This document shows positions 58,493 through 64,000 of a stretch of 64,000 nt of DNA, piece by piece. Numbering within the stretch: position 1 is the stretch's first letter; every line of letters begins with the position of its first letter. The notes under the pieces were generated by a model that saw only the letters and a list, made by a program, of their open reading frames with translations, ran no database searches and was not told where the DNA came from. Source of the stretch: Bacilli bacterium (lineage in GTDB: Bacteria; Bacillota_I; Bacilli_A; RF39; UBA660); assembly GCA_017528315.1 (NCBI GenBank), contig JAFXOW010000003.1, positions 6,768 to 70,767 of the forward strand, in the 5' to 3' direction. The position numbers and the translations under genes were made by a program.

Positions 58493-60478
58493 ATGAAATT
58501 ATTTAAAAGATTATTAAAAACAACTATTTTTCTTATATTTTTCGAAATATTATTAATATCTTTAATATATGCATATGCCAAAATGTCCCCTAAAGTTGAA
58601 ATAAAACAAAATAATAGTTATTATTTATATGATTTGAATGATGAAGTCTTTTTTCAAGGAAAAGGTACAAATAGTTGGGTATCTATTGACGATATAAGCG
58701 AGTATTTAAAAAAAGCAACTATTATAATTGAAGATAAAAATTTTTATAATCATCACGGCTTTAATATTTTAAGAATAATGAAAGCTGCTTTTAATAATTT
58801 ATAAAGTAAAAGTTATAAAGAAGGTGCTTCAACAATTAGTCAGCAACTTTCGAAAAATTTATATTTAGATTTCGATAAAACTTGGAAAAGAAAATTAGAA
58901 GAAGTTTGGTATACTATTCAAATTGAAGTTAATTATAAAAAAGATGATATTTTAGAAGGTTATTTAAATTGCATTAACTATGGTCATGGTATGTATGGTA
59001 TTGAAAATGCCAGTGAGTTTTATTTTAATAAAAGTGCTAAAGACTTATCTTTAGCCGAATCAGCCATGCTTGTAAGTATTCCCAAGTCTCCCTCCAATTA
59101 TTCTCCGTTAATTAATCCTAAACTAGCTAAAGAAAGACAAACTTATATTTTAAATACCATGTTAAAAAACAAGATTATAACTAATTCTGAATATGATAAA
59201 GCTATAAATGAAGAATTAGAATACTATGGTAAGAAAGATAAATTAAATTTAAATACTTTAATGTATTATCAAGATGCTGTAAATCATGAATTAGAAGGTC
59301 TAGGTAATCTTATTAAAACTCATTTAGAAAAAGGCGGAATAAAAGTTTATACAACTCTTGATATAGATGCTCAAAGAAGTTTAGAAGAAAGTATAAATAA
59401 TAATATTAAAGATAATGATGATATAGAGGTAAGTGGTATTATGATGAGTCCAATTGATGGCTCAGTTTTAGCCTTAGTTGGAGGTCGAGACTATAATAAA
59501 TCAGAATTTAATCGAGCCATATCTGCTAAACGACAAGTGGGTTCCATTATGAAACCATTTCTCTATTACAATGCTTTAGAAAATGGTTTTACAGCTAGTA
59601 CTTCTTTTTTATCTCAAGAAACTACTTTTCAAATAGGTGCTGAATCTTATGCTCCTAAAAACTATAATAATATTTATCCTAATAAAGCCATTTGTATGGC
59701 TTCAGCTATTGCTTTTTCTGATAATATCTATGCTATTAAAACTCATTTGTTTTTAGGAAGTGATAGTTTAATCACAACTGGAAAAAGGGTTGGTATTAAA
59801 ACAAAATTAGATAATATTGTTTCACTTCCTTTAGGTACTGTTGAACTTAATCCTTTAGAAATTACCAATGCCTATGCAACTCTTGCATCTTTAGGTGTTA
59901 AACACGAACCTTATTTCATAAAAAAAATAACCGATATAAGCGGTAATATATTATATGAACACGAAGATACTTCGGAAGTTGTTTTAAATAAAAGTACAAC
60001 TTTTATTTTAAATGAATTACTTAAAGGAACATATGACTATAATATGATAGATTATGCTTATCCAACCAATATTTCTATCGCAAGTCAATTAACTCATGAA
60101 TATGGTATTAAATCAGGTTCCACAGATACTGATAATTGGATAATTGGTTTTAATAAAAATATTGTTTCATCTATTTGGATAGGATATGATGATAATACTA
60201 AAATGTCTAATGATGATTTTAAATATTCTAAAAAAATATGGGCTAATGCTTTAGAATCTTACTTAAAGGATAAAGAAGTAACTTGGTATAATATACCAGA
60301 AAACGTCGTTGGAGTAATAGTTGACCCTATAACTGGAAATCTGGCAACTAATGAATCTACTCATAAAAAAATTCTTTATTATGTTAAAGGTACCGAACCC
60401 TCTTTTACTCAAGAAGTATTTGACGAATATGAAGGTATAATTCCAGAAAATACTAAAACAGAAGATAATGAAAATTAG
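58493..60478 (+). pseudogene. Class A penicillin-binding protein (PBP1A/PbpG-like) interrupted by one in-frame TAA (58802-58804)
   Basis: The two ORFs are in frame: EDKNFYNHHG...AAFNNL*SKSYKEGASTISQQLSKNLYL...RKLEE. Transpeptidase motifs SIMK, SDN and KSG are intact. Confidence 0.88.
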
Positions 60479-60571
60479 TAATGTAAATTAATTTTATATA
60501 TTCAAATAAATGTATTGATAAAACAAAAAAAAAGATAAATAGATTAATTCTAAATATCATTTTATTTTTCT

Positions 60572-61222
60572 TTATAAACTTCTATTATTTGGATATTCAT
60601 AAGTATCTTCAAGAATAAAATTTTCATTTCTAACTATTTTTACATCATCTTCCTTTGGAAAATCTAAACTTGTAATACTCTTAGAACTTAAAACCTTAAA
60701 TGTACCTTCAATCAAATTTTTAATTTCTTTACCATTATCATATACTATTCTTTGATGAATATATTTACCATCAAGCGCGAAGTTTTCTGGTCTAATAACT
60801 TTTTTTAAATTAATATTTTCATATATTAAATTAGCTTGACCACTTAAATTTTCTCCTAAATTATCTAATTCCAAAGCTAAATCATCAGAATTAACTTTTT
60901 CATTTACTGAAGGATTTAAGGTAGCCATACAACTACTTCTTTCCATCATAACTCCATAATCATCATAAATAATAGTATCTTGATATCTAATTAAATTTAC
61001 TACTCTATCAATATTAATTTTTAATCTACCAGCACTATTTTTTTTAAACGTAATTAATTTAGAACCAATAATATCGCTAACCTTTAATTCTACTTTATCA
61101 TTATCAATAATTACTCTGGTAGTATCTTTAGGATATCCTTCAATAAAACTTTTTATAATTTCAACATAATATTTATTTTCTCCAAACACACTTTCTTCTA
61201 ATTGAATCATAAAATTATCCAT
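60572..61222 (-). CDS. Hypothetical protein
   Basis: 216-aa ORF with a GGAGG RBS directly after ftsX; no motif recognised. Confidence 0.65.
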   Translation of the reverse strand: MDNFMIQLEESVFGENKYYVEIIKSFIEGYPKDTTRVIIDNDKVELKVSDIIGSKLITFKKNSAGRLKINIDRVVNLIRYQDTIIYDDYGVMMERSSCMATLNPSVNEKVNSDDLALELDNLGENLSGQANLIYENINLKKVIRPENFALDGKYIHQRIVYDNGKEIKNLIEGTFKVLSSKSITSLDFPKEDDVKIVRNENFILEDTYEYPNNRSL

Positions 61223-61233
61223 AACTTACCTCC

Positions 61234-62133
61234 TTATACTTTTAAATATTTTCTAACAGCTCTACCTGATCCAAACATACCAACCAATATTCCTATTACT
61301 ATAACAATTAAACTGGCTAAATAGATAAATGGTTCTGGATGAACTAATTTAATTAAATCTGTAAATAATCGACCTCCAAAATATCTATATAAAGAATAAT
61401 AACCATATATCATTATAAACACTGGAATAATTGAACCAATAAATCCAAGTATCATTCCTTCAACAACAAATGGAAGTTTAATTGCAAAATTGCTAGCACC
61501 AACTAATCTCATAATAGATATTTCTCTTTTTCTTGAAAATATTGTAAGTTTAATAGTATTAACAATTAAGAACATTGTCATAAGAACAAGAGCAACTACT
61601 GCAACAATTGCAACTTTTTGAATTACTTTAAATACTGTTACTAATTGATCAACCATTCCTTCTCCATATTTAACAACATCTATATTATCTAAATTTTTAA
61701 TAGTATTAGCTGTTTCAGCTATTTTTTCAATATCATTAACTTTGACTAAATAAGTATGTTGTAAAGGATTAGATTCTTCATCCCATTCACTCATTGCCGT
61801 CTTAAAAGCGTCATCTTCATCCATCATTTCTTTCATAATAGAAGTTTTATCTTTTAATGTAACACTTTCAACATTACTAATTTCTCCTATTTTTGTTTTA
61901 ATTTTATCTAAATCGGTATCTAATGCATCATTAGAAACAAAGGCAACTATCGTTAAATCTTTCTTTAATTCTTCTGAAAAGTTATTAACATTATAGGATA
62001 TAACAATTGAAATAGCAATTATAGTAAGAGTTATTACAATACAAGAAATACTAGCAAGTGATAAAGAAAAATTACGACCTACACTTTTGAAAGCATCTCT
62101 AATACTTCTTCCTAATAATCTAAAGAACTTCAT
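61234..62133 (-). CDS. ftsX: Cell division permease FtsX
   Basis: 4 TM, NPL, NTIKLTIFSRKREISIMRLVGA. Confidence 0.95.
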   Translation of the reverse strand: MKFFRLLGRSIRDAFKSVGRNFSLSLASISCIVITLTIIAISIVISYNVNNFSEELKKDLTIVAFVSNDALDTDLDKIKTKIGEISNVESVTLKDKTSIMKEMMDEDDAFKTAMSEWDEESNPLQHTYLVKVNDIEKIAETANTIKNLDNIDVVKYGEGMVDQLVTVFKVIQKVAIVAVVALVLMTMFLIVNTIKLTIFSRKREISIMRLVGASNFAIKLPFVVEGMILGFIGSIIPVFIMIYGYYSLYRYFGGRLFTDLIKLVHPEPFIYLASLIVIVIGILVGMFGSGRAVRKYLKV

Positions 62134-62818
62134 CTATGTACTCACCCTCCTTATAATCCTTATATAAATGTCCATCTTTAAGAGCAATTACATGTTTTTT
62201 CATATTATTAACAATTTCTTTATCATGAGTAACCATTATAACTGTTGTTCCAACTTTTTTATTAATTTCAGCAAGCAATTCAACTATTTCCATACTCATA
62301 ACTGGATCTAAATTTCCTGTTGGTTCATCACATATTAATAATTTTGGCTCATTAACAATTGCCCGAGCTATAGCAACCCTTTGTTGCTCTCCTCCAGATA
62401 AATCTTCTGGATAATCTCGAAGTTTACTTTTTAAACCAACAAGTTCAATTGCTTTTAAAACTCTAGGTCTAATATTTTTTTTACTTTCACCCATTACTTC
62501 TAAGGCAAATGCAACATTCTCATAAACATTAGCTTTCGGAAGCAATCTATAATCTTGAAATACTATTCCTAGTTTTCTTCTTAATTTATAAACATTGGCA
62601 TTTCTAAGTTTATTAACCTTCAATCCTCCTAAAATTATTTCTCCTTGAGTTGGCTTTTCTTCTCTATATAAAAGTTTAGTTAAAGTACTTTTTCCTGAGC
62701 CACTTCCACCTATTATGAAACAGAAATCTCCCTTTTCTATACTTAAATTCAAATTATATAAAGCTACAACACCATTTTTATATTTTTTAGTTACATTTTT
62801 AAATTTTATAAATTCCAT
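62120..62818 (-). CDS. ftsE: Cell division ATP-binding protein FtsE
   Basis: GGSGSGKST, VFQDYRLL, LSGGEQQR, DEPTGNLDP. Confidence 0.96.
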   Translation of the reverse strand: MEFIKFKNVTKKYKNGVVALYNLNLSIEKGDFCFIIGGSGSGKSTLTKLLYREEKPTQGEIILGGLKVNKLRNANVYKLRRKLGIVFQDYRLLPKANVYENVAFALEVMGESKKNIRPRVLKAIELVGLKSKLRDYPEDLSGGEQQRVAIARAIVNEPKLLICDEPTGNLDPVMSMEIVELLAEINKKVGTTVIMVTHDKEIVNNMKKHVIALKDGHLYKDYKEGEYIDEVL

Positions 62819-62910
62819 ATTTCACCACCTATATCTTGAATAATTTTATTATAGCATATATTTGTCTAATTTTATCAAAAAAAATTATCAGTTACGATAA
62901 TTTTTCATTA

Positions 62911-63459
62911 TTATATTTCTGGTATTTCTCCAGTTAAATCTTGTTTTTCTTCTTTTGGGATTGATACTAAAGGCGTTTCTTCTTTAGTGTTGGGGATTTG
63001 ATTTGGATTTATATTTTTAATATCAACATTTGGTAAAGTACTGGGATTAGGTATTTCTTGCTTATTATCTCCATTTTCTTTTAAAGTTGGAATAGCAGTT
63101 GATTGAATAATTAATGATGAATTTTGATCAGTTTGAGGCAACACTACTCCATCTTTTTCTTGTTTTTTTTCAACAACTGACGTATCAACTTTTACTTCTG
63201 GTACTTTTGTCTGACTTTCTACATTACCATTTTTATCCTCTTTAAGATTTGTTTTTTTATTATCTATTTTTTCTTTAGTTTCTATTGTTTTTTTTCTATT
63301 ATCTGTTTGACTAGTATTTAAAATAATATCTAATTTACCATATTTTTGTTTAAATAAATAACCTATTATTGAAAACATGAAAAATAATAAGACAAAAGCA
63401 TACATAAAATAATGCGTACCTACTAAATTATCTCTTATATAATAAAGTATTACATCCAT
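62911..63459 (-). CDS. Hypothetical single-TM protein with a low-complexity Pro/Asn/Glu-rich tail
   Basis: N-terminal TM ending IIGYL, followed by disordered sequence. Confidence 0.65.
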   Translation of the reverse strand: MDVILYYIRDNLVGTHYFMYAFVLLFFMFSIIGYLFKQKYGKLDIILNTSQTDNRKKTIETKEKIDNKKTNLKEDKNGNVESQTKVPEVKVDTSVVEKKQEKDGVVLPQTDQNSSLIIQSTAIPTLKENGDNKQEIPNPSTLPNVDIKNINPNQIPNTKEETPLVSIPKEEKQDLTGEIPEI

Positions 63460-63461
63460 AT

Positions 63462-64000
63462 TTAATCCTGACTAGCAAGGTATGAAGCTGTTCTTACCAT
63501 TTGATATGAATATCCCATTTCATTGTCATACCATGATACTATTTTAACTAAATTATCCGAAGTATCTAATACATCAGTAGACATTGCATCAACTACTGAA
63601 CCAAATGATGAACCAATAACATCGCTTGATACAATTGGATCATTTGTTATCATAATGGTTTCATTTTGATTATCAGATATCAATTTATTAATTTCTTCGC
63701 GAGTTACTTTTTTCTTTAATTTTAAAACTAAATCTACAACCGAACCATCCGGTACTGGAACTCTCATAGCCATTCCTTGCATTTTACCTTTTAAACTTGG
63801 TATAACTTCTCCTATTGCAGAAGCAGCCCCAGTTGATGTTGGAACAATATTAGCAGCGCAGGCACGACCTCTTCGAGATTCTATTCCTTTTTTATGAGCA
63901 ACATCTAAAGTTACTTGATCATTAGTATAAGCATGAACTGTTGTCATAAATCCTGAACTTATTCCAATATTTTTTTCTATTATATCTAATACTGGTGCTA
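63462..64000 (-). CDS. gap: Glyceraldehyde-3-phosphate dehydrogenase, 3' part (runs off the window end)
   Basis: APVL...GFMTTVHAYTNDQ, NIVPTSTGAA, RVPVPDGS, WYDNEMGYS. Confidence 0.96.
   Translation of the reverse strand, partial: APVLDIIEKNIGISSGFMTTVHAYTNDQVTLDVAHKKGIESRRGRACAANIVPTSTGAASAIGEVIPSLKGKMQGMAMRVPVPDGSVVDLVLKLKKKVTREEINKLISDNQNETIMITNDPIVSSDVIGSSFGSVVDAMSTDVLDTSDNLVKIVSWYDNEMGYSYQMVRTASYLASQD

Noticed and set aside
30305..60478. Genome-wide reassignment of TAA (or TGA) as a sense codon
   Set aside because: Most intact genes here end in TAA at the expected position, RF1 has a normal PVT motif, TGA ends uvrB and rlmH, and Trp is encoded by TGG.

Overview
Very AT-rich chromosomal window from a reduced-genome Bacilli (Firmicutes) bacterium. 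Gene content and style suggest an RF39-like, uncultured gut lineage (inference). It uses genetic code 11, since TGA ends uvrB and rlmH. Most of the window is housekeeping: uvrB, ctpA, tyrS, deoC, femAB-like, clpC, ung, rlmH, dnaB-rplI, rpsF-ssb-rpsR, clpB with a CIRCE operator, spoIIR-prmC-prfA-rpoE, a class A PBP, ftsEX and gap. These are interspersed with surface and cell-wall enzymes. The most unusual element is a ~6.9 kb integrase-less island inserted into uvrB. It is bounded by a 32-bp exact direct repeat (4621-4652 and 11482-11513) and supplies a replacement 5' end of uvrB. It carries a radical SAM enzyme, an unannotated 39-aa peptide ORF with a strong RBS and an overlapping terminator, an archaeal-type SAM synthetase, a catalytic-domain-only AlaRS paralog, an S51 peptidase, a SerRS and a HAD phosphatase. 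This fits a candidate biosynthesis or resistance cluster for an aminoacyl-tRNA-synthetase-directed metabolite or a modified peptide (inference). Other oddities are three genes each broken by a single in-frame TAA, a Tyr T-box separated from tyrS by three nucleotide-metabolism genes, pilin-like membrane domains fused to cell-wall hydrolase domains, and a His-less hybrid pseudokinase. No rRNA, tRNA or CRISPR array was seen.
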